Assembly (NCBI GenBank): GCA_903929035.1 | Contig: CAIYTF010000084.1 | Span: 13,938 to 77,937 of the forward strand | Origin: an uncultured Ignavibacteriales bacterium | GTDB taxonomy: Bacteria > Bacteroidota > Ignavibacteria > Ignavibacteriales > Ignavibacteriaceae | DNA: 64,000 bases | Direction of reading: 5' to 3' | Part shown: piece after piece, positions 1 through 10,000 of the stretch | Position numbering within the stretch: position 1 is the first letter of the stretch | Layout: every line of letters starts with the position of its first letter | Made by a program: the position numbers and the translations under genes | Notes under the pieces: generated by a model | Told to the model about the DNA's origin: nothing | The model's database searches: none | The model's input: the letters and a program-made list of their open reading frames with translations, nothing else

Positions 1-1
1 A

Positions 2-451
2 CTTGTTACACTCGCGGTAAATGCAATGAGTGAACAGTTCGGTGTTCCGGCGGAAGCGATAGATAATTACAGTTATTATGAACAACACTCTGATATTTTT
101 ATCGTTTCAAAAAATTGGGATGGCGGAAATTTTACGCGGCAAAGCAAATTAGGATTGAAAATTGGCGCACTTGATAACTATGGAAACTTCATCTTTCATA
201 CCAATGGCGCGAAAATATTCGAGAAGCACATTACAAAAAACATTTATGAATGTTTATCGGCAGATGATATAAAAACATATTTGGACGGCGGAATAATACG
301 AACAGGAACAAGCGGGCATAATAAAGGGCAGGCAGTTTTCTGCTATCGGAACCGCAAGCTCGGAACAGGCGTATTTGTAGAAAGCGGATTTAAAAGCCGC
401 TTTCCCAGGGCGTTTCGAACCCAGTCAATTACAATGGCAAATGCCGAATAA
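2..451 (+). CDS. 3' end of a gene truncated by the window edge; C-terminal PUA-like domain resembling RsmF / NOL1-NOP2-Sun family rRNA m5C methyltransferases
   Basis: The frame is open from base 2, with no stop before the listed ATG at 26. The tail GQAVFCYRNRKLGTGVF..FKSRFPRAFR resembles the RsmF C-terminal domain pattern. Confidence 0.4.
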   Translation, partial: LVTLAVNAMSEQFGVPAEAIDNYSYYEQHSDIFIVSKNWDGGNFTRQSKLGLKIGALDNYGNFIFHTNGAKIFEKHITKNIYECLSADDIKTYLDGGIIRTGTSGHNKGQAVFCYRNRKLGTGVFVESGFKSRFPRAFRTQSITMANAE

Positions 452-459
452 TTCAACTT

Positions 460-492
460 GCGTGTATTTTGAGGCAAAATACGCATTTGTTT
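460..492 (+). terminator. Rho-independent terminator candidate
   Basis: Stem GCGTGTATTTTG / CAAAATACGC (one 2-nt bulge), 3-nt loop, followed by ATTTGTTT, directly after the stop at 451. Confidence 0.5.
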
Positions 493-656
493 CGGCTTGG
501 CTCTACTAAAATCCATAGTTCATCGCCGCATACAAACCGGCGCAAAAGTATTGATTTTCTCCATAAAAATGCATAATAAAAGCATTTGATAGCTAAACGA
601 GTTTAAACTTCAAAGTCACATTGATTAAAGTTTATTTTTGAACAACATTATGCCTG

Positions 657-1415
657 CTACTGCATATTTTCTTCTTGAATAAGATCAAGCATAGAAAGTA
701 CCTCCATCGTGAAAATTTCAACTTCCCGCCATTCATAAGAAGCCATACGAATCTTGAGTCTTTTCTCAAGATGTTCACCAAGCAAAGTTAGCCGCGGATA
801 TCCTATTGTTGAACCGGTTCCCCTTAGTTCGTGCATAATATTGCGAAGCATAACTTCATTTTTGGCTTCAAGGGCTGAAAAAATATCAGATTTCTTTTGA
901 TCAATTGTCTTTACAAAAAACCTCAATAAATCGCGTTTAATTTGTGATGTAGTTACAGGTCTTAGAAATTCCTTTTCTTGTTCTTTCTTTCTTTCTTTTT
1001 CACCGACATATTTTTTAAATTTTACACGCGAAAGAATTTGATCTCCAATAACTTCTTCGACCGCGTTAAATATAACTTTTCTGGTAAGCGGTTTGGTTAA
1101 TATTTTTTGCACCCCCAGCTCATTGCACTGGTCAATGAGATATGAATCATTGCTGCCTGTTATTACGATAACAGGTATATTTTTTGATTCATCAAACATT
1201 TTTATTACACGAAGAAGATCGATTCCATTTATGGTGGGTAAAAGTAAATCTAAAAATATTAATCCCGGTTTTGACTCGACAATTGCCTGAATACCCGATA
1301 CACCATCCACGGAAACAATAACATCACATTCATAATCTTCAAGAAATTTTTTTATAGCCTCACGAAGAAAATCGGAGTCATCTATTACTAATATTTTTAT
1401 TTTATCTTCGCTCAT
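657..1415 (-). CDS. Response regulator receiver domain fused to a C-terminal HPt-like phosphotransfer domain
   Basis: REC signature (ILVIDDSDF..., phospho-acceptor context IFLDLLLP, ...TKPL). C-terminal HELRGTGSTIGYP matches the HPt H-x-L-K/R-G-x-x-x-x-G motif. Confidence 0.7.
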   Translation of the reverse strand: MSEDKIKILVIDDSDFLREAIKKFLEDYECDVIVSVDGVSGIQAIVESKPGLIFLDLLLPTINGIDLLRVIKMFDESKNIPVIVITGSNDSYLIDQCNELGVQKILTKPLTRKVIFNAVEEVIGDQILSRVKFKKYVGEKERKKEQEKEFLRPVTTSQIKRDLLRFFVKTIDQKKSDIFSALEAKNEVMLRNIMHELRGTGSTIGYPRLTLLGEHLEKRLKIRMASYEWREVEIFTMEVLSMLDLIQEENMQ

Positions 1416-1610
1416 ACGAGTGATCTTATCAGCATTACTTTTAAATTTATTATTATATATGAAAAATTATTAAGTCAACATTGGAAAATAACAAAATACC
1501 AATAAATTACTTCCAAGTATTTGAAATAGTGCAAAAGAATCCTTCTTGAGATTACCTTGCCTCTAAAAACTTTCGTATTTTTGAATATAAATATCAAATA
1601 ACTATGAAGT

Positions 1611-2273
1611 ATGGATATAAATTCGCCGCTATCAAATGACAATAGAAATTATGATTACACTGCCTATGCTGAAGAGTATCGAAGGGAATATGGAGTTATA
1701 CTATCTTTGATTCCGGCAGGAGCAAAGGTTGTTGATCTTGCTTGTGGTAACGGTTCATTATTGAAGATATTACGTGACAATAAAAACACGAAAGGATGCG
1801 GGGTTGAACTTTCAAACAGCGGGGTTGCAGCTTCTCTTCACAAGGGATTACAAATCACGCGAGGACGAATTGATGATAAATTACCCTTTCTTGATAAGGA
1901 ATTTGATTACGCTATTTGTAACGTCACCATCCAGATGGTGATGTATCCGGAGATTCTATTGCAGGAAATGAAACGAATTGCCTCACGTCTTATTATTTCT
2001 TTCCCAAATTTTGGCTTTTATAGAAACAGGATCGATTTACTCTTATATGGGCGAATGCCTAAACCAATGATGTTCGGGTATTCCTGGTATTCCACCGGAC
2101 ACATTCATCAACTTTCAATAGCGGATTTTATGGAATTAGTTGAACAAGTTGGCAATCTAAAAATAGAGCAGCATATTTGCGCTGATTCCACAGCCGGAAT
2201 TAAGCGGTCTCTGCAGGAATTATTTCCTAATCTTTTCCAATTATTACCCGTTTTTTTACTTACATCCACTTAA
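1611..2273 (+). CDS. Class I SAM-dependent methyltransferase, MetW-like
   Basis: SAM-binding motif VVDLACGNGSLL; overall length and C-terminal HIH..S..DF pattern resemble the MetW family. Confidence 0.55.
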   Translation: MDINSPLSNDNRNYDYTAYAEEYRREYGVILSLIPAGAKVVDLACGNGSLLKILRDNKNTKGCGVELSNSGVAASLHKGLQITRGRIDDKLPFLDKEFDYAICNVTIQMVMYPEILLQEMKRIASRLIISFPNFGFYRNRIDLLLYGRMPKPMMFGYSWYSTGHIHQLSIADFMELVEQVGNLKIEQHICADSTAGIKRSLQELFPNLFQLLPVFLLTST

Positions 2274-2278
2274 ATATA

Positions 2279-3229
2279 ATGAAATCATTAATTCATAAAG
2301 TTTTAGAATCGCCCGAATTTGTTGAAAAACCGCCAGTGCTTATTGATGTCGGAGCATCCGGCGCGATACATAGTTATTGGCAAACGATAGCACGCCACTC
2401 TATTTGCCTCGCGTTTGACGCCGATGATCGCGAGTTACGCGTCGATGAAAAAGGCAGCTCTGCATTTAAAAAATTATTAGTTTTTAATTCACTTGTTCAT
2501 CCTGAAGTAGAAGGTGAATTAGATTTCTATCTGACAAAATCTCCTTTTTGCTCAGGTGCGTTGCCGCCTGACAATAAATCATTAAACGATTGGGCATTTG
2601 GAGATAAGTTTGATATTGTCAAAACCGTCAAATTAAAATCCATTACCCTCAACTCTGCATTGAATCGCGCGAATATAGAATATGTTGATTGGTTTAAAAC
2701 AGATTCACAAGGATTAGACCTGAATTTATATCTTTCGATGGCTGAAAATATTCGCCGTAATATTTTGTTGGCAGAATTTGAACCGGGAATAATTGATGCC
2801 TACCAAGGGGAAGATAAGATGTTTGTAACAATGCAATATATGGCAGCACAACCATACTGGTTAGCGGAATTAAAAATTAAAGGTTCTCAAAAAATATCGC
2901 GTGATGAGTTAGAGCTTATTGCTAATACCCCGCTCAGACGCAAATTACTTTCATACTCTCACAAAACTTCGCCCGGATGGGGTGAGATGCTTTATATTCA
3001 AAATATTTCAGCTATGGAAGATAGGCGTTCATTATTACTTGGATGGGTATTCGCTGCAGTTACCGGTCAATATGGCTTTGGAATTGAGATTGCTAAAAAA
3101 GGATGTATCCTCTCTAATAACTTACTTTTTCCCGAGTTACTGCAAGCCTCCCGTGAAGCAGTAACTAAACTATCGTTTAGAAGATTATTGCCCGTAATAA
3201 TTCAAAAAATTCAGTCGTTAATAAAATGA
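2279..3229 (+). CDS. FkbM-family methyltransferase-like protein
   Basis: VLIDVGASGA N-terminal motif and VDWFKTDSQGLDLNL (FkbM-like lK.D.EG.E pattern). Confidence 0.45.
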   Translation: MKSLIHKVLESPEFVEKPPVLIDVGASGAIHSYWQTIARHSICLAFDADDRELRVDEKGSSAFKKLLVFNSLVHPEVEGELDFYLTKSPFCSGALPPDNKSLNDWAFGDKFDIVKTVKLKSITLNSALNRANIEYVDWFKTDSQGLDLNLYLSMAENIRRNILLAEFEPGIIDAYQGEDKMFVTMQYMAAQPYWLAELKIKGSQKISRDELELIANTPLRRKLLSYSHKTSPGWGEMLYIQNISAMEDRRSLLLGWVFAAVTGQYGFGIEIAKKGCILSNNLLFPELLQASREAVTKLSFRRLLPVIIQKIQSLIK

Positions 3230-4215
3230 TGAAAAGAAATTACTGTACACTGTTTGATATAAACTATTTAAGCCGCGGAATCGCGATGTATAATTCGTTG
3301 AAACAATGGAGTAATGACTTCCATTTATATATTTTTGCATTTGATGACAAATCGCTCCAAATATTACGTGAGGAATGTCTTGAGCATACCACGGTCATTT
3401 CATTAAATGAATTTGAAGATGAGAAATTGCTTGCCGTAAAACCGAGCAGAAACCGTGCAGAGTATTGTTGGACTTGCACGTCATCAACCATTATTTACTG
3501 CATTAATAAATTTCACCTTGACAGCTGCACCTATTTAGATGCAGACCTTTTCTTCTATAGTTCACCTGAACCAATTTTCAAGGAACTTGGCACAAAATCT
3601 ATTTTACTGACCGAACACAAATACTCAGCTCAATATGCCCGCGATAATAAGAACGGTAAATATTGTGTGCAGTTTATTAGTTTTAAAAATGATTCTGCCG
3701 GAATGGAGGCTTTAGAATGGTGGCGGGAACGTTGTTTAGAATGGTGTTATGATCGTCACGAATCCGGTAAATTTGGCGACCAAGGGTATTTGAACGACTG
3801 GTCAGAAAGATTTGAAGGCGTTCACTCGCTCCAACACCTCGGCGGAGGCGTAGCAGCTTGGAATGTGCAGCAATACGAAATATTTTCAGAAAATGGAGAT
3901 ATTAAAGGAAAAGAATTCAATACAGGAAATGTTTTCCCTATAATATTTTATCATTATCACTACTTGAAATTTATTAATAATGGCACAATAGAGTTAGGAC
4001 GACGAAAATTAAGCCCAAATGTGTTTTCTTGTTTGTATATACCATATATTAAGGAGCTGCTAAAATTACAAGCATACATATCAGATAAATACCAAGGCAT
4101 TAACTCAAGTGGCTCTGCCCCTTATCGGCTAAAGTGGAAAACGCCCATCCTATATATTTTACGTAAACTTCGCGGTGTCTATCATATCTATAAAGTGAAA
4201 GAACTTTTAGAATAA
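3226..4215 (+). CDS. Nucleotide-diphospho-sugar glycosyltransferase (GT8-like fold)
   Basis: 4-nt overlap with the upstream gene. N-terminal CTLFDINYL..., DxD-type motif YLDADLFF. Confidence 0.45.
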   Translation: MMKRNYCTLFDINYLSRGIAMYNSLKQWSNDFHLYIFAFDDKSLQILREECLEHTTVISLNEFEDEKLLAVKPSRNRAEYCWTCTSSTIIYCINKFHLDSCTYLDADLFFYSSPEPIFKELGTKSILLTEHKYSAQYARDNKNGKYCVQFISFKNDSAGMEALEWWRERCLEWCYDRHESGKFGDQGYLNDWSERFEGVHSLQHLGGGVAAWNVQQYEIFSENGDIKGKEFNTGNVFPIIFYHYHYLKFINNGTIELGRRKLSPNVFSCLYIPYIKELLKLQAYISDKYQGINSSGSAPYRLKWKTPILYILRKLRGVYHIYKVKELLE

Positions 4216-4227
4216 ACTTGTACAAAA

Positions 4228-4252
4228 AAGGCTGCCCTTTTGAGGCAGCCTT
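4228..4252. terminator. Bidirectional hairpin terminator between convergent genes
   Basis: AAGGCTGCC-cttttga-GGCAGCCTT. The T-run is on the minus-strand side (ttttttgt), so it is strongest for the minus-strand OMP operon. Confidence 0.6.
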
Positions 4253-4271
4253 CTATATAAATAAAAACATT

Positions 4272-4367
4272 TAGTCCTTGTAAAAAAATAACCTTTACAA
4301 GTTCTAAATCTAACCTTTGCAGTCTTCGCGTGAGAAAGTGTTAATGTTATTTCTGAACAAGTCCTTA
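4272..4367 (-). mobile_element. MITE-like dispersed element, copy 1 (92 nt plus flanking TA/TA)
   Basis: The reverse complement aligns end to end with 53102..53200. The first 29 nt are identical, the shared core is TTTCTCAsGCGAAGACyGCrAAGG, and the shared end is TTATTTyTTTTACAAGGAC. It sits between the stop codon at 4371 and the terminator at 4228-4252. Confidence 0.6.
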
Positions 4368-4370
4368 AGT

Positions 4371-6008
4371 CTAAAGTTCGTAAGCTATTCCATATCTGAA
4401 AGCAAAATCAGGGAAGCTAAATACTAATATACCCACGTGGACCCTGTCATATATCGTGTATTCTCTTGAGATTGAAATACCTGTCGGGAATGGTATGCCC
4501 AAAACATCATTCATACTATTTTGTTGTACAGGATTTGTAAAGCCCTCCGCAATTGCCTTGCCGGTTACTATTCCTCCCTCTAAACGATAGTGCGGATTTT
4601 TATATTTCGTGAACTTTGAAAATATTTGGAAAAGTAACCCGTCTATGTCAAAAAATGGGAATAAACGGCTGGGAACTAACAGCCAACCCCATTTTTTTAC
4701 TTTGTCGGCAAGTTGAACATCAACACTGAATTTTGAACCTAAACTTAAATCTTTTCCAATTTTATATTTATCTATTTTTAAATAAATTGGAGATAAATAT
4801 TTTACTAAGTTTAGTCCAAAAGTAAATGAACCCGTTTTATAATCACCGCCAATAGTGAGCGTGGAAGGATAACTGGTTTCAGCTGTTTTTTCGAGACTAT
4901 TTTTAGTGGCAGCGGAGATGTTTGGTTTAGAAAGCGATAGCTTATTAATGTCGATATTCAGAGGATTATCTTTTCCAATCGGACTGCCTGTTAAAAATAT
5001 AGGTTGATAACTCTGATTGAACATATTATTATCAGTCATTACAAACTTTGGTACGATATCAAGCGAAAAAACAAGATTCCATTTCTCGTTCTTTTGAACC
5101 GCGCCTAATCTAAATCCCCATCCGGATGTTTTATAATTTCCCCGCGCGAGCCAGTAGAATGCATTAGTTTCACCGGCTGCCCAATCAATATTAGGATCAT
5201 TAGGATTATTAAAATGCGCTTCTTTGTTCTGTATTACCATCATACCATCAACACGAAGATTTATGTTTACAAACTCGGAAACTTCATAATGATTAAATGA
5301 TGCACCTACAATGGTAGTGCCGAAATCAGTTTTTGCCACTTCATACGCGCCGCCAAACATTAAAGAATTAACGCTAAAATTAAAATTCGCGGCAAAGTTA
5401 GTTTGCAGTGGTAAATCAACAATAATTGATTGACCGGATAATTCCTTAACTGATTTGAGTTTCGTCCTGAATCCTGTAATTGAAAAATCACTTGATATAT
5501 TGAAAGGATAATACACTCCAAAACCAAGCGTTAGTTTTTCATTTATCGGAAGTGCCAAAGCGAACGCGCTAAATTCCGCGGATTGCCCAAGATCAAAGTT
5601 GGTAACACGAGTGTATATAGGAGGAAATTTGCTCTTTGAAAAATCAAAAGTGGTAGTATCCTTTAAGAAAGTTGTTGTTGATGTTTTGAACAACTTATTT
5701 AGTTCCGATGATAAATCAAGACCAACAGTATTTGTTGATATAGTCATTTTTGTATCAAGATACACGACCGGTCTTTTTATTAACCCGAGTTCTGCAGGGC
5801 TTGTGAAGATTGATGCTGGGCCTGTACTGATTCCGGGCGCGAGAACTCTGCCAAATCCGCCCGAACCAAGTCCTCCGCCTTGAGTATTAGCACCAAAACT
5901 CATCTTGTAATTCATCAAACCGCCTACATAATATTCCATCTTGGGGGTTTGTGCGAAAGTAATAACCGAAAGAACTATCGAGAATAAAACGAGTAAAAAC
6001 TTATTCAT
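4371..6008 (-). CDS. Outer-membrane beta-barrel-like protein of unknown function (signal peptide)
   Basis: N-terminal signal peptide MNKFLLVLFSIVLSVITFAQ. Alternating beta-strand-like composition rich in G/S/T/N/F/Y. Lies 14 nt downstream of the PorV-like gene. Confidence 0.5.
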   Translation of the reverse strand: MNKFLLVLFSIVLSVITFAQTPKMEYYVGGLMNYKMSFGANTQGGGLGSGGFGRVLAPGISTGPASIFTSPAELGLIKRPVVYLDTKMTISTNTVGLDLSSELNKLFKTSTTTFLKDTTTFDFSKSKFPPIYTRVTNFDLGQSAEFSAFALALPINEKLTLGFGVYYPFNISSDFSITGFRTKLKSVKELSGQSIIVDLPLQTNFAANFNFSVNSLMFGGAYEVAKTDFGTTIVGASFNHYEVSEFVNINLRVDGMMVIQNKEAHFNNPNDPNIDWAAGETNAFYWLARGNYKTSGWGFRLGAVQKNEKWNLVFSLDIVPKFVMTDNNMFNQSYQPIFLTGSPIGKDNPLNIDINKLSLSKPNISAATKNSLEKTAETSYPSTLTIGGDYKTGSFTFGLNLVKYLSPIYLKIDKYKIGKDLSLGSKFSVDVQLADKVKKWGWLLVPSRLFPFFDIDGLLFQIFSKFTKYKNPHYRLEGGIVTGKAIAEGFTNPVQQNSMNDVLGIPFPTGISISREYTIYDRVHVGILVFSFPDFAFRYGIAYEL

Positions 6009-6022
6009 TTGAATCCTCCTTC

Positions 6023-7045
6023 CTAAAATGTAAAACTAAGTGTTAAGCGGTTTGATGAAGCTAACTGTTCAGATAAATATGTATAGTCAAACTTCAATGT
6101 AGATTTCTTTATACCATAGTTAAAGCCAAAACCAAAAACGTATTTTTCATCGTTTTCACTGTTCACAGAATTTTGCAATCCCGCGCGAACAAAAAGAAAT
6201 TTGAATAAACGCAATTCAGCTCCTCCTCGAATAGTAGTTGAAACATCTTTAGTAAATGCAGGCTTTAAATCTGCCGTCATAGTAAATTCATTGGAAATTT
6301 TGTAAGAAGTCCCAATTACGCTTTCAAAGGGCACGCTTTCCGTGTATTTGCCTTTTGCAAGTTTACTGTCAGATTGTGAGTTCCACATAACAGGAGCTAC
6401 CAAATCGCGAAGCATAAGACCAAACCTGAGGGTTGAATCAAACTGGTAAAGGAGACCAAGGTCTATTCCAAATCCATTTGCAGAACCTCGAACTTGATTA
6501 CTTTTTCCTAAGTCGATTTCTTCCTGCGAAAAAATGAAATTATAATCAGCCTCGTTGAATCCGTTATTGCCAAAAGAGGCATATCTATATTTAAGATTCG
6601 CACCGAGAGTAACAGGACCAACTTCCCGCCCAAAGCCTGCTGTTATGGTCATTTCACGAAGCATTTCATCACCCGAATATATAAGTGCTAAGCCTGCTCC
6701 CTGTTTTGGACCATCCGAAGGAATCGGCATACCAACTGATACCATATTATAGGTTATCAAACCAAATATTTTTGCAGTAGTGAAAGAAGCCTGTTTTTCT
6801 TTCAAGTTCGTTAGCCCCGCGGGATTCCAAAACAAAGCATTAATATCATCTGCAAGACCGGAATAAGCACTGCCCATAGCAACAGGGCGCGCACCGAGTC
6901 CCACATCAACAAAAGCTCCGGGAATAGAAGACTTTTGAGCAAATAAATTTGGCGTACCAATAAGCCAGCCAAAAACAAAGCATAATGAAAGTGTTTTCAT
7001 AAATTTAGGTATAAATTGATTCTTTATCGTTTTCATTGTTTTCAT
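6023..7045 (-). CDS. PorV/PorQ-family-like outer-membrane beta-barrel
   Basis: Signal peptide; motif VDVGLGARPVAMGSAYSGLADDINALFWNPAGL typical of PorV/PorQ-type barrels; C-terminal LTLSFTF. Confidence 0.55.
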   Translation of the reverse strand: MKTMKTIKNQFIPKFMKTLSLCFVFGWLIGTPNLFAQKSSIPGAFVDVGLGARPVAMGSAYSGLADDINALFWNPAGLTNLKEKQASFTTAKIFGLITYNMVSVGMPIPSDGPKQGAGLALIYSGDEMLREMTITAGFGREVGPVTLGANLKYRYASFGNNGFNEADYNFIFSQEEIDLGKSNQVRGSANGFGIDLGLLYQFDSTLRFGLMLRDLVAPVMWNSQSDSKLAKGKYTESVPFESVIGTSYKISNEFTMTADLKPAFTKDVSTTIRGGAELRLFKFLFVRAGLQNSVNSENDEKYVFGFGFNYGIKKSTLKFDYTYLSEQLASSNRLTLSFTF

Positions 7046-7052
7046 TCTTTCC

Positions 7053-10000
7053 TTATTTCACCAGTACGACAGGAATAAGTTTAGTAACCTCGCCGCTTGG
7101 GTCTTTAGCCGAAATTTGAATAATATAGCGGCCGTTATTGGCTTCATACCCGTCATTAGTTTTCCCATCCCACGCTAATGCACTTATAGTTGAAGGCTTA
7201 TAAACTCCCGGCATCTGCAAGTCATTTTGAATCACGTTTTTAACTAATTCCCCCCGCATATTGAAAATTTTTATGGTAACAGTAGCAGGCGGCTGCAGTG
7301 AATTTAACTTATAACCAATTTGCACAGGGGCAATTTTGGGAGAAAACGGAGTCGGTAATACTGCTGCATACTTTATCCCCAGAGGCTCATTTTCTGCTAA
7401 TATAGAATACTCTCCAAACGATATAATTTCCGCAGAAAATGATGCTGCGCCAAATGGATTAGTAGTACGAATCGTCCACTCATTTGAGGTGGTATTGTAA
7501 TAACCGATTGTCTTAGCTCCTTCAAATGCCCTCAATGAAGGATCAATCTGTATTTCAAGAGTCATTGGCTTAATAGTCGTATCACCGGCTATTTTTATAT
7601 CCGATAAATATGTAATAAAATATTGTTTATCGGACACAACATACGATGTTAAATCAGTTATATAATTCTTTTTAGCAGGCCCAAATTGTGCCTTCCCAAG
7701 CGTAACCTTAACAGGTATCATAACTGAACCAGGCACTATCTTGAGATTCATTCCGTCTTTATCTGTCAATGTCATATTAGACGTTGAATCGACATCAGCG
7801 TAAACGGTGAGGTCTGTTATTCCCTTTTTACCGCTTACTTTATCTAATGCAGTTACTTCAACATTACCTATAAATAAAGAATCAACCGGTTTAAAGAAAC
7901 CTGTAGAGTCAATTGTTCCGCCTCCAACCGGAACTATACTCCATTTTAGGTTTGTTCCAAGCATTACTGCTTTTGAAGCAGTATCAATACCTGAATACGA
8001 GAACTGCAGCCCGCTTGACTTATTACTCAATTGCTGAACAGACTTTGTTACATTAATTGATTTTAAAATCACGTTGCCAACCGTAACAGAAGCTTCTTGT
8101 GATACACTGAATCCGTTCAATGTCCCGCTTGCCGTGATTTTTGATGTAGTATCTTTTAGAGTAGTTAAAAGAATGACTGTGCTATCACCCGAAGTAGCTT
8201 TTGGATAGCTTATTTTAAAAACTGATGTATCAATATTCCAATTTATCGTACCCTTCGGTGCAGTACCTTGAAAAGAACTTAACAGACTATTGTTCTTTCC
8301 ATCTTTTACAAGCATAGATATTTCATAAGTATCATTTTTACGTAAGGTTGCTTTATCTATCAAAGGTTTGAATGAAATTGATGATAATATTCCTACAGCT
8401 TCAGGAGTTAAGGTATATTTGTCGCTGGTATAAACAACACCTGTTGAGGTCTCGCGAATCACAACATAATACGTTACCTTCACGAGCGAGTGCAATGCAG
8501 GGATTTGCCACGTTATTGTTGAATTTGCTAAATTCACACTATCCACACTATTCTCTGAACCCGTACCCAATTGATATTTCAGTTTTGCATCAAGGGCAGG
8601 TAAGGTCCCTTTATAGAAAACAGTTACTGTTGCCGGATTTGAAGCATCAATTGACGTAAGAGGAGTTAATTTATATCTCAATGACACATTTCTCGAAATT
8701 GTTGAATTATCATTTACAAGATTAAAAACTGTCAATGAGTCATTTGGTGATAGATAATTATCTCTCGAGATATTTAACTTATATTTACCTGCTGAAAGTT
8801 TTGGTTGCGTTTCGAACTTGCCGGTTTTATCAGTAACGGTCTGCGATTGATTACCATCGGGACGAACAAAAATCAAGTTCACATCAGATAAAGCAGTACT
8901 TTCACCATCATTAATGGTAACACTTATCTTTCCACTCGGAATACTAAAGTCCGGCAGTCTAACCGATTGCCCTTTCATAGAAGCAGGTACTGGAACAGAT
9001 GTATCGCGTGTTTGAAAATCAGTTCCTGAAATCGATACTCTATAAATTGTTGTGTCGCCGGTACCCGTTTTAATTGGCAATGCACTAAATGAATATTCAC
9101 CGCTTAAATCGGTAGTAGTACTAAACGAGTTTGACGATAGTGCAGTAACTGTTGTGTTCGCTAATCCTGCGCCTTTATATGTTACTTTGCCGGACAATTT
9201 AACAAAAGTCGGCGAAAGAGTAATATTCTTCTTAGTGTAATTCATACCCGTCACCAAATTATCTGTAAGTGTATCTGATTTATAACCGGTAAAAGATGCA
9301 CTTATAGTCGCAGCCCCGGCTGCTAAACTTCCAAATGTATAGTTCCCGTTAGACTCAGAAACAACTGAAAATGTTTGTCCTGTAGCGGTATTGCGATACT
9401 CAACATTTGCACCGGCAACACTAACGCCTGATGGATTAGAAAGTGTAGTATCTTTTACTACAGTACCTGAAAGAGAAACATTGTTTTTAATAAGAGTAAC
9501 ATTTTCAGTTGCAGTTACATTATTAGCAATTGTAACATTTTTCGGCGTTGACTGTGATGAATAGCCGGTTTTGTTAACTTGTAGAACAAATTCTTTTGTA
9601 GGAACGCCGTTTGTAGGAACGCCGGTAAACGTAAATGTCCCTGACTTACTAAGACCGGAGTATGAATATAAGGTATCAGTACTTGTAATATTTACAGAAA
9701 CAGAATCCAAAGAAACTCCGCTCTCGTCTTTAGTATTAACAGTTAGATTTCCTGAACTCTTTGTAGCTATAAAATCCATAATCCGACTGGCACCAACAGC
9801 GAGGTCTATATCTGCAACACTTGTGGGTGAGAACGTGAAACCCGTTTTACTTACTGTAACTGTATAAGATCCGTTCAAAAGGAAATTAACACTATAAGTT
9901 CCATCCGAATTTGAAACGCTGTTAAATGTTTCATTGGTTGTTTTGTTTTTTACACTTATCACCGCGGATGGAGTACCGACTGTTCCGGAAATAGAAGCAT

